Source of the DNA: an uncultured Verrucomicrobiota bacterium | Lineage (GTDB): Bacteria > Verrucomicrobiota > Kiritimatiellia > RFP12 > UBA1067 | DNA length: 64,000 nt | Direction: 5' to 3' | Assembly: GCA_946623785.1 (NCBI GenBank) | Contig: CAMORM010000001.1 | Location: 1,397-65,396, forward strand | Part shown: one piece after another, positions 37,158 to 45,458 of the stretch | Numbering within the stretch: the first letter of the stretch is position 1 | How the letters are laid out: each line of letters opens with the position of its first letter | Position numbers and translations under genes: made by a program | Notes under the pieces: model-generated | Told to the model about the DNA's origin: nothing | Seen by the model: only the letters and a program-made list of their open reading frames with translations | The model's database searches: none

Positions 37158-38394
37158 ATGCGGCAGCGGAGGCGTCGCGGGCGGGGAGCACGTTGAAGTA
37201 CTCCTCCGCCTCGCGCCTCGTTGCGAGGCCCTGGTAGTGCTTGACGCGCATCTGCGCCGAGGTGCCGACGATCATCTCCGTCCTGCGCGGATCGCCGTGC
37301 ATCGCGATGTGCATCGTGACGAACGAGTGGCGTCCGGCGTTGTGCGGCCAGTTGACGGGCGAGGCGAGGTTGCGCTCGGCGAAGTCCTTGACGAGCCGCG
37401 AGAACGCGTCCACGCGGAACAGTTCGTCGAGCAGCTTGGCGTCTGCGGGGCCGTCGGTGCGGACGGGATAGGCGAGCATCCACGCCTTCGCCGCGTCGGT
37501 GAGGTAGACGATGCGCGGCGGCGTGCCGTGCTGGAACCCCTTCGGCGTGATGCGGACGTACCCTTCGTCGAGGTTCACGTCTCCGCGCTGGATGCGGAGA
37601 AGCTCCTCGGAGCGGACGCCGTTGAAGAACGAGAGGGCGATGGACCAGATGATCTGGTTGCGGCGGCGCGAGTTCCTGTCCATGGCGACGGCGGTGTCGA
37701 GGATCTGGCGCAGGTCGTCCGCCCTGACGAACTCGGGCTCGTGGTACTCGACGGCCTTCGCGGAGAACGCGGCCATCGGGTTCTCGGCGCAGTACTTCTG
37801 CCGGAGGCACCAGGAGAAGAACGACTTGAGGTAGGACATGTTGTTGTTCCATGTCTTCGGAGCGCACGAGCCGAACCGCGACGAGAGATACGCCTTGGCC
37901 TTGTCCGTGGTGACGGCCGAGACGAGCGTGTCGCGTCCGAACCAGTCGATTGCCAGACCGACGCGGTTCTCCACGGCGGAGCGCTGGACCTTCTGGACGG
38001 CGGAGTACTGCGAGACGTACTCGGTGTACGCGTCGAGCAGCTTGGTCGGCGTGAACATCTTGTGTCCGTCGACGAACGCGCGCGCCGCCTCGACGAGGGT
38101 GGCCTCGTGGAAGCCGGCTGCGTCGAGGATCTGGCGGGCGAGCTGGTAGTCCGCGAAGCCGCCCGCGGTGAAGTCGCGCGCGACCTTCGGCGTGAGCCCG
38201 TTGCTCTGCGCCGCGTAGAACTCGTCGATGGCCCGCTTGAGCTCGTCCTTGGTTGCCCGCTCGAAGCGGATCTTCCTGTGAGTGAGCTTGTCGGTTCCGA
38301 GGTAGCACGACCACGAGGTGTAGGTGGTGCCGTTGGCGGTCTTGGTGATCTGTCTGAGGCTCCTGATGGCCTCATCCTTTCGCTTCATTCCCAT
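37141..38394 (-). CDS. int: tyrosine integrase (phage integrase family)
   Basis: C-terminal catalytic signature HNAGRHSFVT...HGD...VKHYQG (R-H-R-Y type); N-terminal SAM-like region; convergent with the giant gene and overlaps its end. Confidence 0.8.
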   Translation of the reverse strand: MGMKRKDEAIRSLRQITKTANGTTYTSWSCYLGTDKLTHRKIRFERATKDELKRAIDEFYAAQSNGLTPKVARDFTAGGFADYQLARQILDAAGFHEATLVEAARAFVDGHKMFTPTKLLDAYTEYVSQYSAVQKVQRSAVENRVGLAIDWFGRDTLVSAVTTDKAKAYLSSRFGSCAPKTWNNNMSYLKSFFSWCLRQKYCAENPMAAFSAKAVEYHEPEFVRADDLRQILDTAVAMDRNSRRRNQIIWSIALSFFNGVRSEELLRIQRGDVNLDEGYVRITPKGFQHGTPPRIVYLTDAAKAWMLAYPVRTDGPADAKLLDELFRVDAFSRLVKDFAERNLASPVNWPHNAGRHSFVTMHIAMHGDPRRTEMIVGTSAQMRVKHYQGLATRREAEEYFNVLPARDASAAASIESA

Positions 38395-38457
38395 TGCGTT
38401 TCCCTTCCGTTGTGTCTGTTCTCTGGACTGAAACTAGGCGGAAAAATTTCCGTCCAT

Positions 38458-38598
38458 CTTGTGTTTGTGCGCTCTGGGAGAGGCGATTTAACTGGTGCCG
38501 GGAGCGGGGATCGAACCGACTGCGGCAGCAAGACGGGCGGAAAGAAGAATCCGCTAGTGTTTCAGCTGGTTATGTTGTGTTTTGTGCGTTGTTTGGGA
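38458..38598. other. candidate attP: core resembling a tRNA 3' end (CCA end at 38493 on the - strand, T-loop GGTTCGATCC) flanked by direct repeats TTGTGTTTGTGCG / TTGTGTTTTGTGCG
   Basis: on the - strand the sequence reads ...GGTTCGATCCCCGCTCCCGGCACCA; the matching 5' acceptor strand is absent so this is not a whole tRNA; it lies directly upstream of int. Confidence 0.35.
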
Positions 38599-38671
38599 CT
38601 GGCTGTAGGGGTGCGTTCCCGCACCCATGTGCCGTGTCTGGCGCGTATGATAGACGGAAAACAGACAGAAG

Positions 38672-38860
38672 TCAAGAGCGGTTTTCCATGTCCGCGAACG
38701 CCCCGACGCAGGTCTGGTATACTGAGCCTTCCGCCTTGAGACGGAACGCCTCGGCCTTGGCTCTGGCGACCGGGCAGGAGGAGCAGTCCTTCTGGCTCTT
38801 GCAGTACTTGATGAAGGCTGCCGGAATTCCCAGCAGCCCGTAGCGATCCATGTTGCTCAT
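38672..38860 (-). CDS. small Cys-containing protein (62 aa) adjacent to the att region
   Basis: GGGAGA ribosome-binding site; 3' end of the spurious long track ORF 38672-39922; an excisionase role is possible but unsupported. Confidence 0.3.
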   Translation of the reverse strand: MSNMDRYGLLGIPAAFIKYCKSQKDCSSCPVARAKAEAFRLKAEGSVYQTCVGAFADMENRS

Positions 38861-38871
38861 ACGATGTCTCC

Positions 38872-39351
38872 CTACGCCGACGCGGCGCTGTCCTCGACGA
38901 TTCCTCGGACGGTATTGGCGAGGATGCGGTACGCCTCGTCGTCTGCGACCTGCTCGAACTTGTAGACGCGGTTCTTGGTCGCGCCGATCTTGCGGACGAG
39001 TCCGGCGTTCGCGAGAAGGTTCAGCGCGGACGAGATGGTGGAGGCGCAGTCCGGGTCGAGCCATTGCGTCTCGCAGTAGTTGCGCCAGCAGGGGAGTGCT
39101 CGGACTCCGTTTGCGGAGAAGGTGTCCGTCTCCTGGTTCGAGACGGCGCAGGTGAAGATGGCGTGGGCGATGTCCACGGCGCGGCGCTGCGGGATGGTGA
39201 GCGGCTTGGGCTTGGGCGGGACGTACTCGGCGTTGAGCCATTCGAAGAACTGCTCCTCGTTGCCGGTGTCGAATCCGGCCTCCTTGCGCTGGTCGAGGAA
39301 GTGGGTCTTGGCATCCGCGTAGTCGCGGAGCGTTTCGTAGTTGGACGGCAT
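38872..39351 (-). CDS. hypothetical protein with a C-terminal winged-helix-like segment (159 aa)
   Basis: NLLANAGLVRKIGATKNRVYKF resembles a winged-helix DNA-binding fold. Confidence 0.4.
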   Translation of the reverse strand: MPSNYETLRDYADAKTHFLDQRKEAGFDTGNEEQFFEWLNAEYVPPKPKPLTIPQRRAVDIAHAIFTCAVSNQETDTFSANGVRALPCWRNYCETQWLDPDCASTISSALNLLANAGLVRKIGATKNRVYKFEQVADDEAYRILANTVRGIVEDSAASA

Positions 39352-39387
39352 TGCGGTTTCTCCTTGTTCGTTGTTCTGGGTTTTCTT

Positions 39388-39813
39388 CTACATCACGTCC
39401 TCGGGCTTGAGGTCGCGAAGCTGTCTGTACTTGTCGAGGTATGGCAGGGTGCAGTCGCGCTCCGCCCCAAGCGGGCCTCCGTTGTGGATTCTGGCGAGAA
39501 CCTCGTCTGTGGCGGGTTGGCCGGTGCGGCGCTCGTAGGATTCGCCGTAGCGCATGAGGTAGGCGCGAACGACGACCTCGGCCTTGTAGGGGTCGTGCAT
39601 ATCCTGCAAGGTGTAGGCCGTGCCGAGGCGCTGGTTGGCGTCGTCGAGGTAGCACTGTCGGATCTGATACCGACCGTGCGCTCCCTCGGCTTCGTTGACG
39701 GCTGCGTCGTCGACTCCCGATTCGACCATTGCGAGGTCGCACAGGAATGCGTGGTTGACTTCGGATGCGATTGTGTAGAGGCTCATGGTTAGCAGGATGA
39801 TTAGGGGTTTCAT
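39388..39813 (-). CDS. lytic transglycosylase (SLT-like) with signal peptide; candidate endolysin
   Basis: MKPLIILLTMSLYTIAS signal peptide; ES...GAHGRYQI and AYL..YG motifs as in family-1 lytic transglycosylases. Confidence 0.55.
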   Translation of the reverse strand: MKPLIILLTMSLYTIASEVNHAFLCDLAMVESGVDDAAVNEAEGAHGRYQIRQCYLDDANQRLGTAYTLQDMHDPYKAEVVVRAYLMRYGESYERRTGQPATDEVLARIHNGGPLGAERDCTLPYLDKYRQLRDLKPEDVM

Positions 39814-39995
39814 TTTTTCTTCTTGTACGTGTCGAGGGTTCTCTGCGCGTCTTCGATTGACTTGTCGATGTCAGCCCTTTCGTCGTCTGAAAGATAGTTG
39901 TAGAACCCGCAGTCGCGGGCATACCGGACCATGTTCGTCATCTTCCAGAGGTTCATGTAGAACTCGTAGTAAAATCTGTCGCCAGGTCTTCTCAT
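39810..39995 (-). CDS. small protein (61 aa)
   Basis: overlaps the downstream gene start; Tyr/Phe-rich. Confidence 0.35.
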   Translation of the reverse strand: MRRPGDRFYYEFYMNLWKMTNMVRYARDCGFYNYLSDDERADIDKSIEDAQRTLDTYKKKK

Positions 39996-40570
39996 TGCTT
40001 ACTCCTATCGTGATTGCTGGATTTCTTGCGTCTTTGGTATTTTTCTCTCTTGTTCCTCAGGTACTCGGCGTATTTCACAGGGTCCGCCTTGACTCTTTCC
40101 CACCACTTGCGCGCTCTGATTCTCGCCCTTTCGGCGAACTCGGGATCTGTTTCCCTTCTTCTGCGACGATAGTCTCTTCCATAGGCGAGCTGCTTCTCGC
40201 GCCATGCGCTATCGGTCGCCCACTTGTTTCTCCTGGATCGTTTTCTTGCCTCTTTGTATCGTTCCGGGTTGTTTTTGCGCCATGCGAAGAGCTTGGCAAG
40301 CTGCTTCCTTTTCCTATCTTCGCGCTCCTCCGCAGTAAGCCTGCGTGGCTTCGTCCTGTCTTTGCATGGCCGCTTGACGTTCGCGCCACGGTGGGAGAGG
40401 TAGTAGCTATGCTGGTATTCCTTCTTACATTGCGCTAGTTCTTTTGGGTTTGCACACTTCGCTCTGCGCCCGCGTCTTTTGAGCTTCGCCCAGTCTGGAA
40501 CTGGAATGCCTAAGAACTCGCATTCAATGCGCTTCCAATAGCGCTTGTTCGCTTCGCTTGCGTAGCTCAT
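39992..40570 (-). CDS. extremely basic Lys/Arg/Trp-rich repeat protein (192 aa)
   Basis: repeats such as KRYWKRIECE, AKLFAWRKNNPERYKEARKR, KWWERVKADPVKYAEY; internal ATG at 40570 chosen because the upstream part of the track ORF overlaps another gene. Confidence 0.4.
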   Translation of the reverse strand: MSYASEANKRYWKRIECEFLGIPVPDWAKLKRRGRRAKCANPKELAQCKKEYQHSYYLSHRGANVKRPCKDRTKPRRLTAEEREDRKRKQLAKLFAWRKNNPERYKEARKRSRRNKWATDSAWREKQLAYGRDYRRRRRETDPEFAERARIRARKWWERVKADPVKYAEYLRNKREKYQRRKKSSNHDRSKQ

Positions 40571-41064
40571 GCCTTGTACCTTTCCAGCCAGCCGCCGCCC
40601 TTCTGCTTCTCGTACCATTTGAACGTGAGGAAGGGGAACGCGGCGCGGGCCTCGCGGAACGCAGTGAGGGCGCGTCCGTGGGAGCCGAGGCGGTAGGTTC
40701 CCTTGACCTCGTAGACGGTTGTCTCGTAGCGCTGCTCCTGCGGATCGAAGACGGAGGTTAGCCAATCACCCGTGTATTTGCTGCCACCAGGTAGTCTCAG
40801 CGTGATCGCCTCGTACTGCCCGAGCCCTCCGAGCATCTCGCGGTTGAAGAGCTGCTCGGTCTTGTTCGGCCCCTTCGGCTTGCGGTCCTTGCGAACTTGT
40901 AAGGATTCTTTACAAGTTGGAACGAACACGTCTACCGTCCTCCGTTCCAACGTGGAGCAGTTCGCTCCGAGAGGAACGTCTGGCCCGCCCCAGAGTTGGA
41001 GTTTTGCCTGCTCCCTGTACTTGGGTGGCAGGTCGTCGAGGGTGATGTGCTTGCTTCGCTTCAC
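40567..41064 (-). CDS. putative PD-(D/E)xK-type nuclease (165 aa)
   Basis: VFD...YEVKG arrangement resembles a D...ExK nuclease motif (VRR-NUC-like); GTG start with GGGAGG ribosome-binding site. Confidence 0.3.
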   Translation of the reverse strand: MKRSKHITLDDLPPKYREQAKLQLWGGPDVPLGANCSTLERRTVDVFVPTCKESLQVRKDRKPKGPNKTEQLFNREMLGGLGQYEAITLRLPGGSKYTGDWLTSVFDPQEQRYETTVYEVKGTYRLGSHGRALTAFREARAAFPFLTFKWYEKQKGGGWLERYKA

Positions 41065-41066
41065 GG

Positions 41067-41360
41067 CTAACCTCCCTTGAGTTTCATCTTTGCGCGCTCG
41101 GTGCGAAGCATGACTTCAAATTTGACCGCCTCCGCGAACTGTCCGACGGTCCAGAGCGCGGCAATGATTCCTGCCTCCCAGCATCCTGTCGCGAAGAGAA
41201 CGACCGTGATGGCGAAGTCGATGTTCGCGCACACATCCTCCCGCGCCGAGTGGACGCAGAGTTCCGTCTCCCTGCTGAGCGCTCTTTCGCGAGGCTCCGC
41301 GCAGTCGTTGATTGAGCGGCAGTAGTGCTTGCATTCTCTGATTGCTTCGCGTAGATTCAC
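41067..41360 (-). CDS. small Cys-rich protein with C-terminal transmembrane helix (97 aa)
   Basis: FAITVVLFATGCWEAGIIAALW hydrophobic stretch; GTG start. Confidence 0.35.
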   Translation of the reverse strand: MNLREAIRECKHYCRSINDCAEPRERALSRETELCVHSAREDVCANIDFAITVVLFATGCWEAGIIAALWTVGQFAEAVKFEVMLRTERAKMKLKGG

Positions 41361-41533
41361 GGCTTATCCTCCGGGTCTGTGCGCCTGAGAACCTCCTCGG
41401 CCTTGTTCCAAAGCGCGGGCAGGTCCGTCACTTGGTTCCCGTACTTGACGGCGTCGAAGAGCAGGACGCAGAGGTCGCGTAGTTCGTCGCGCTGTTTTTT
41501 GAGTCGTGTGATCGTCCAGTTCTGGTAGTCCAT
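41357..41533 (-). CDS. small protein (58 aa)
   Basis: internal ATG of track ORF 41357-41794; the upstream part of that ORF is low-complexity. Confidence 0.3.
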   Translation of the reverse strand: MDYQNWTITRLKKQRDELRDLCVLLFDAVKYGNQVTDLPALWNKAEEVLRRTDPEDKP

Positions 41534-41550
41534 CGCGTCCTTCAGATCGC

Positions 41551-41946
41551 TCACTTCGTCGCCTCCTTGTAGAGGTATTCCAGCGTATAGCACAGCGCCT
41601 CCTCGTCCTCGCAGTTGCGGGAGCGCATCAGCATCAGCGCGGCGTGGAGCAGCTCGTGGACGAGCGTCTCCGGCGCGAGCTTGGTCGGCGACCAGATGGC
41701 CACGTCTCCGTCCAGACCGAACGAGGAAGCCGTGAGGTACGTCGCGTCCTCCTTGTGCTTGGCGCGCATCCGGTCCACCTCGTCCTCGGGCCACATGCAG
41801 TCGCGCTCAAGGTGTTCGTAGAAGCGCTCGATTGGCCCGACGTAGAGGAAAAGGTTGCTCTTCCAGACGGGGATGTGAATCGCGCGCCACGACTCCTCGG
41901 GCTCGGCGGCCTCGACGGGGAGCGGCAGGGTCTTGATCTTCTTCAT
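41551..41946 (-). CDS. small HExxH metallopeptidase-like protein (131 aa)
   Basis: LVHELLHAALML motif (SprT-like/zincin-like). Confidence 0.45.
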   Translation of the reverse strand: MKKIKTLPLPVEAAEPEESWRAIHIPVWKSNLFLYVGPIERFYEHLERDCMWPEDEVDRMRAKHKEDATYLTASSFGLDGDVAIWSPTKLAPETLVHELLHAALMLMRSRNCEDEEALCYTLEYLYKEATK

Positions 41947-41958
41947 TCTTGTCTCCTC

Positions 41959-42213
41959 CTAGTCGCACCAGATGTCTGTGTGCGCCATCGGCTTTGGCTC
42001 GTGGTCCATCCAGTCGGCGAGTCGCTTGAACGTGCGGCGGATCAGGATGCGTCCCTCGACGAGGCTCTTGCCGAGCCAGCAGAGGGGCATGGTGATTGCG
42101 AGCAGCACGTTGATGAGCAGCCAGGCGAACCAGTAGACCGCCGCGCCGAGTAGCATGGCGGCCGCTACGAACGGGATTAGCAGGATGTATTCGATTGTGT
42201 CGGGGTGTCGCAT
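41959..42213 (-). CDS. small membrane protein (84 aa)
   Basis: two hydrophobic helices (ILLIPFVAAAMLLGAAVYWFAWLLINVLLAITM). Confidence 0.35.
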   Translation of the reverse strand: MRHPDTIEYILLIPFVAAAMLLGAAVYWFAWLLINVLLAITMPLCWLGKSLVEGRILIRRTFKRLADWMDHEPKPMAHTDIWCD

Positions 42214-42242
42214 TTGTGTGTTTGTCTCCGTTTTGTTTTTCT

Positions 42243-42674
42243 TCACTTGCTGTTGTTGCTCTGGATGGCGTCGGCCACCTCCTTCGCCTCGGAGCGGAGG
42301 AACGGCTTGACGTAGCGGCGGCCGATGCGCTGGCCTCCGTAGACGGCCTCGGAGTCGCGGCGCTGCGCGACAATGCAGTCTCCGGTGATGGTGACGCCGA
42401 GCCACGCGGACGCGGCGGCGTTCTTCGTGCCCTCGGTGGCGGCTACGGACTTGTAGCAGACGGCGAGCTTGTGCTTCGGCAGCTCGGTCACCGGGATCTG
42501 CGAGAACGCCCCGCCTCCGAGGAGGTCGGAGAGCTGTCGCATCTCGTATCCTCCCTGCGACGCGACGAGCCGCGGCGCTCCGCCGGAGCGGGGGATGACG
42601 ACCCAGTAGTATCGGCCGGACGAGGCTTCGGTGCGTTCTTCTTCGTTGGTTTTGTTCTGTTCTTCGGTTGGCAT
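42243..42674 (-). CDS. hypothetical protein (about 143 aa; start uncertain, 42542 also possible)
   Basis: MPTEEQNK... frame; overlaps the tail of the upstream zinc-ribbon ORF in another frame. Confidence 0.3.
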   Translation of the reverse strand: MPTEEQNKTNEEERTEASSGRYYWVVIPRSGGAPRLVASQGGYEMRQLSDLLGGGAFSQIPVTELPKHKLAVCYKSVAATEGTKNAAASAWLGVTITGDCIVAQRRDSEAVYGGQRIGRRYVKPFLRSEAKEVADAIQSNNSK

Positions 42675-42955
42675 TTTGTGTTTTCCTTTCGCGTGTTGAT
42701 TTTGTCGAGGATGTCGGACTGCGCCTTTCGCGTCCGCGCTTCGTTGGGGAACCGGTGCTTGAGCATCTTGCCGAAGCACTCCTGCGTCACCGGGTCTTCC
42801 TTGATGTAGAAGAAGCACGGCGCGCATATCTTTGCGGAGCGGCCTGCGTCCACGTCGGAGTAGACGTGCAGTCCGTACTCGCCGGCCCAGATGGTCTTCC
42901 GGCAGCAGTCGCACAGGAACTTCTCGTTTGCGACGAACGGTTCGACGGCGATCAT
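42488..42955 (-). CDS. zinc-ribbon protein (CDCC...CAPC) with low-complexity basic tail (155 aa)
   Basis: Cys pairs in the N-terminal 60 aa; the C-terminal tail overlaps the next gene, so the true 3' extent is uncertain. Confidence 0.4.
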   Translation of the reverse strand: MIAVEPFVANEKFLCDCCRKTIWAGEYGLHVYSDVDAGRSAKICAPCFFYIKEDPVTQECFGKMLKHRFPNEARTRKAQSDILDKINTRKENTKCQPKNRTKPTKKNAPKPRPADTTGSSSPAPAERRGSSRRREDTRCDSSPTSSEAGRSRRSR

Positions 42956-43284
42956 TTCTTCCCCAGCTTCTTCTCGCGGTCGGCAAGTTCCGCTTTGAGG
43001 TTGTCGCGGAACCTGCGCCAGCCAGGGGCGTCGATGGTAGGAGAGCCGAGGTTGTCGTGCTTCTCCGCTTCGTCGATGCGCTGAATCATCGTGTAGAGGT
43101 CTCCGTCGCGGAGCAGCTTGCGGTTCCGCAGGATTAGCATAGGGATGACGTCGGTCACGTAGGTCTGGCGGCCGAGCGCATAATCGAGACCGCAGAAGAG
43201 CAGGATCACGAGGTCGCAGCGCGTGCCGGTGATCTTGCCGTCTCGGAATGATTCAAACAGGTCTTTTGTTGATGGTCCTCTCAT
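42952..43284 (-). CDS. hypothetical protein (110 aa)
   Basis: internal ATG of track ORF 42952-43395; ATGA overlap with the upstream gene. Confidence 0.35.
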   Translation of the reverse strand: MRGPSTKDLFESFRDGKITGTRCDLVILLFCGLDYALGRQTYVTDVIPMLILRNRKLLRDGDLYTMIQRIDEAEKHDNLGSPTIDAPGWRRFRDNLKAELADREKKLGKK

Positions 43285-43907
43285 TCCTTGTCCTCCTTGA
43301 TTGCTGCGCGCGCCTCTTTGCGGATGTAGTAGATCGCGTCGTCCAGCCATTCCTCGCGGGCTTCCCAGAGGTCGGTCCGGTCGAGAACCTTGCACAAGTC
43401 CTCGATGGCCTTCATCGCGGAGAGAAGCCGGTTGTACCTTTCGCCAAGTTCGGCGTACTCGTTCACGGCGGTCTTTGCGATGCCGCGCGCGTTTCCGATC
43501 TGGTTCACCGCGTCAACGATGAGCGCGGCGTCGGCCTTTGCCGTGCTTCGTCGCAGGTTCATCGTGGCGATCCACTCTCCTTCGGCGCAGATCGAAACCT
43601 CGCCGTCGCCTCCTTCTTGCTCGTCGTGGACGAACAGCGACCACGGCCTCGGGCTTGCTTCGTCGCTCATTTCTTTCTGGGTTCCTTTCTTGACTTCTTT
43701 CTTGACTTTGTAGTATTCGGTCTGGATTTTAGCCACCGCGTTCAGCGCGCTTGCAATTGTCTCGTCGCTCACGGGGCATCCATCACCGTCGCACACGCCA
43801 TACTTCGATGATGTCATAAACGGGAGAGTGCATGGCGTCTGCATGTCGTCCCGTTCAAGCTGGACGTAAACTGCGTCCATGATCGCGTCTTTCAGTTCCT
43901 GGTTCAT
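43281..43907 (-). CDS. hypothetical protein, paralog A (208 aa)
   Basis: shares ASPRPW and AALIVDAVNQ with the next gene. Confidence 0.4.
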   Translation of the reverse strand: MNQELKDAIMDAVYVQLERDDMQTPCTLPFMTSSKYGVCDGDGCPVSDETIASALNAVAKIQTEYYKVKKEVKKGTQKEMSDEASPRPWSLFVHDEQEGGDGEVSICAEGEWIATMNLRRSTAKADAALIVDAVNQIGNARGIAKTAVNEYAELGERYNRLLSAMKAIEDLCKVLDRTDLWEAREEWLDDAIYYIRKEARAAIKEDKE

Positions 43908-44284
43908 TTTCTATCCTCCTCCCCGATTGCTGCGCGGGCCTCGCGGATGAGCGAGCAGGTTTCGTGGCATCCCGTTTCCGACCACACGTTGCTCGCCGTG
44001 AAGATTCCCCGGTGGACTTCCAGTTTGTCTGCCATCCGTTTCACGATGTCGCGGAGGCGGTCGCGCTCGTTCACGGCGTCCACGATGAGGCGCGCGTTCG
44101 CCTCTACGATTGCGTCCCATGTATCTCGATTCTTCTTCGACATTCTGGACTTCGGGCACGACGGCAGGTTCGCAACCACGCCGCGTCCGGTCTTCTCGTT
44201 CTGGAGCCACAGACCGTCCGGGTCGTTGGCCTCGATGGAATGGCCGTTCACGCGCCACGGCCTCGGGCTTGCTTTGGCGCTCAT
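43904..44284 (-). CDS. hypothetical protein, paralog B (126 aa)
   Basis: MSAKASPRPWRV...NARLIVDAVNERD; ATGA overlaps on both sides. Confidence 0.4.
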   Translation of the reverse strand: MSAKASPRPWRVNGHSIEANDPDGLWLQNEKTGRGVVANLPSCPKSRMSKKNRDTWDAIVEANARLIVDAVNERDRLRDIVKRMADKLEVHRGIFTASNVWSETGCHETCSLIREARAAIGEEDRK

Positions 44285-44598
44285 CCCCTCCACCTCCTGT
44301 CTCCTTTGTTGCTGACCGGCGTTGCGATCACCTTCCACGGACACGTCAGCGCATTCGTCTGCGTGACGGTCGTGAGTCCGGTCTGCTTCGTTCCGATCCA
44401 CATCTTCCTTCCCTTGATTGTGACGTTCTCGAACTTGCCGCGCTGGATTCGTCCGACGAGAGCGCCGCACATTCGGACGCGCTCCGCCGCGATGTAGGTC
44501 AGATGGTTGATCGACCAGCACGTCTCGAAGATCGCGTCGATCTCCTTCTGAATTTCCGCATCGGTCGCATCGTCCACATGGTATGCGTCGAAGCTCAT
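44281..44598 (-). CDS. hypothetical protein (105 aa)
   Basis: translationally coupled to its neighbours. Confidence 0.35.
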   Translation of the reverse strand: MSFDAYHVDDATDAEIQKEIDAIFETCWSINHLTYIAAERVRMCGALVGRIQRGKFENVTIKGRKMWIGTKQTGLTTVTQTNALTCPWKVIATPVSNKGDRRWRG

Positions 44599-44867
44599 TT
44601 CGTTTTATACTCCGCATTGCAGGTGACGGTCGGCCGCGGCACGTTGGGGTTCATCCACCACGGAGCCTTTTCATAGACCGGATTCTGCAACGCCGGCACG
44701 TTCCACACGAGCGGACGCGAGAGCAGTTCGTCCAGCTTGCGCTCGATGCGGTCGAGCTGCGACTCCTTCTTGAGTCGGATGGTGACAGCGCGTGGCAACC
44801 CGACGCCGGATGTAGTCCATTCGGCGCTCTTGGCCTTCTTCTTGTTCTTGGTGTATGGTTTATTCAT
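44595..44867 (-). CDS. small basic protein (90 aa)
   Basis: internal ATG (MNKPYTKNKKK); coupled overlaps. Confidence 0.35.
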   Translation of the reverse strand: MNKPYTKNKKKAKSAEWTTSGVGLPRAVTIRLKKESQLDRIERKLDELLSRPLVWNVPALQNPVYEKAPWWMNPNVPRPTVTCNAEYKTK

Positions 44868-45061
44868 TTCGTTCCTTCCTTCACGACACGCCACGGCGTG
44901 ACTTCGCGCTCGACGATCTTGTAGTAGCCGTCTGGTCGCCCGATGTCGTAGGCTTCGTCCGCCTCCTTGAACAGCTTGACTTCGCGCTTGGCTTGCGCGA
45001 GAGTCTCGAAGTGGTTGGAGACAACGACTTCGTTTCCGGCCTTCACGTTGTACTGCTTCAT
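44864..45061 (-). CDS. small protein (65 aa)
   Basis: MKQYNVKAGNEVVV...; coupled overlaps. Confidence 0.35.
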   Translation of the reverse strand: MKQYNVKAGNEVVVSNHFETLAQAKREVKLFKEADEAYDIGRPDGYYKIVEREVTPWRVVKEGTK

Positions 45062-45249
45062 TTCGCTTTCTTCTCCTTTCGGTAGTAGTAGCATTGCCCC
45101 TTCTTGCACCCAAGGCGCTCGTCGTACTCATCGAGTTCGCAGGACCAACCCAGTCGGCCCTTGTTCTCGTCGCGCTTGGACGGGAACCAAGTCCGGACGC
45201 AATGCACGCAGTCGGTCGTTCCTGGCATCGTCTCGCGGTAGACTCTCAT
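45058..45249 (-). CDS. small Cys-rich protein (63 aa)
   Basis: CVHCVRTW...CKKGQCYYY. Confidence 0.3.
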   Translation of the reverse strand: MRVYRETMPGTTDCVHCVRTWFPSKRDENKGRLGWSCELDEYDERLGCKKGQCYYYRKEKKAK

Positions 45250-45458
45250 TTCTTGTCCTCCCCCGCGCGGCGGTTCCACGCGTCGACGGCCTCTCTTTCC
45301 GAACTTCTCGGAGACATTGAAGACGGCTGGACTGGGCAGCCTGCATTCTCACACCTGACATACCATATGCAAGGATTTCCCCATCCGCCGGGAATCGAAC
45401 TTCGAACCGTTGCGGCACCTCCGCAGAACGGGCAGGGCTTGAGTTTTTGGCTAGGCAT
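45246..45458 (-). CDS. lar: Lar-family restriction alleviation protein (70 aa)
   Basis: LKPCPFCGG...VRCENAGC...EAVDAWNRRA zinc-ribbon signature typical of Rac-prophage Lar-like proteins. Confidence 0.65.
   Translation of the reverse strand: MPSQKLKPCPFCGGAATVRSSIPGGWGNPCIWYVRCENAGCPVQPSSMSPRSSEREAVDAWNRRAGEDKK

Noticed and set aside
38493-38570. Complete tRNA gene on the - strand
   Set aside because: Only the T-loop, 3' acceptor strand and CCA are present. The 5' acceptor strand (GCCGGGA) and a pairing T-stem are missing, so this is an att-core fragment, not a functional tRNA
38672-39922. 416-aa - strand ORF spanning the lysis-proximal genes
   Set aside because: The translation is low-complexity (RRR/PRP runs). 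Only its last 62 codons, called as 38672-38860, have a ribosome-binding site and plausible protein sequence. The rest overlaps real genes at 38872-39351 and 39388-39813
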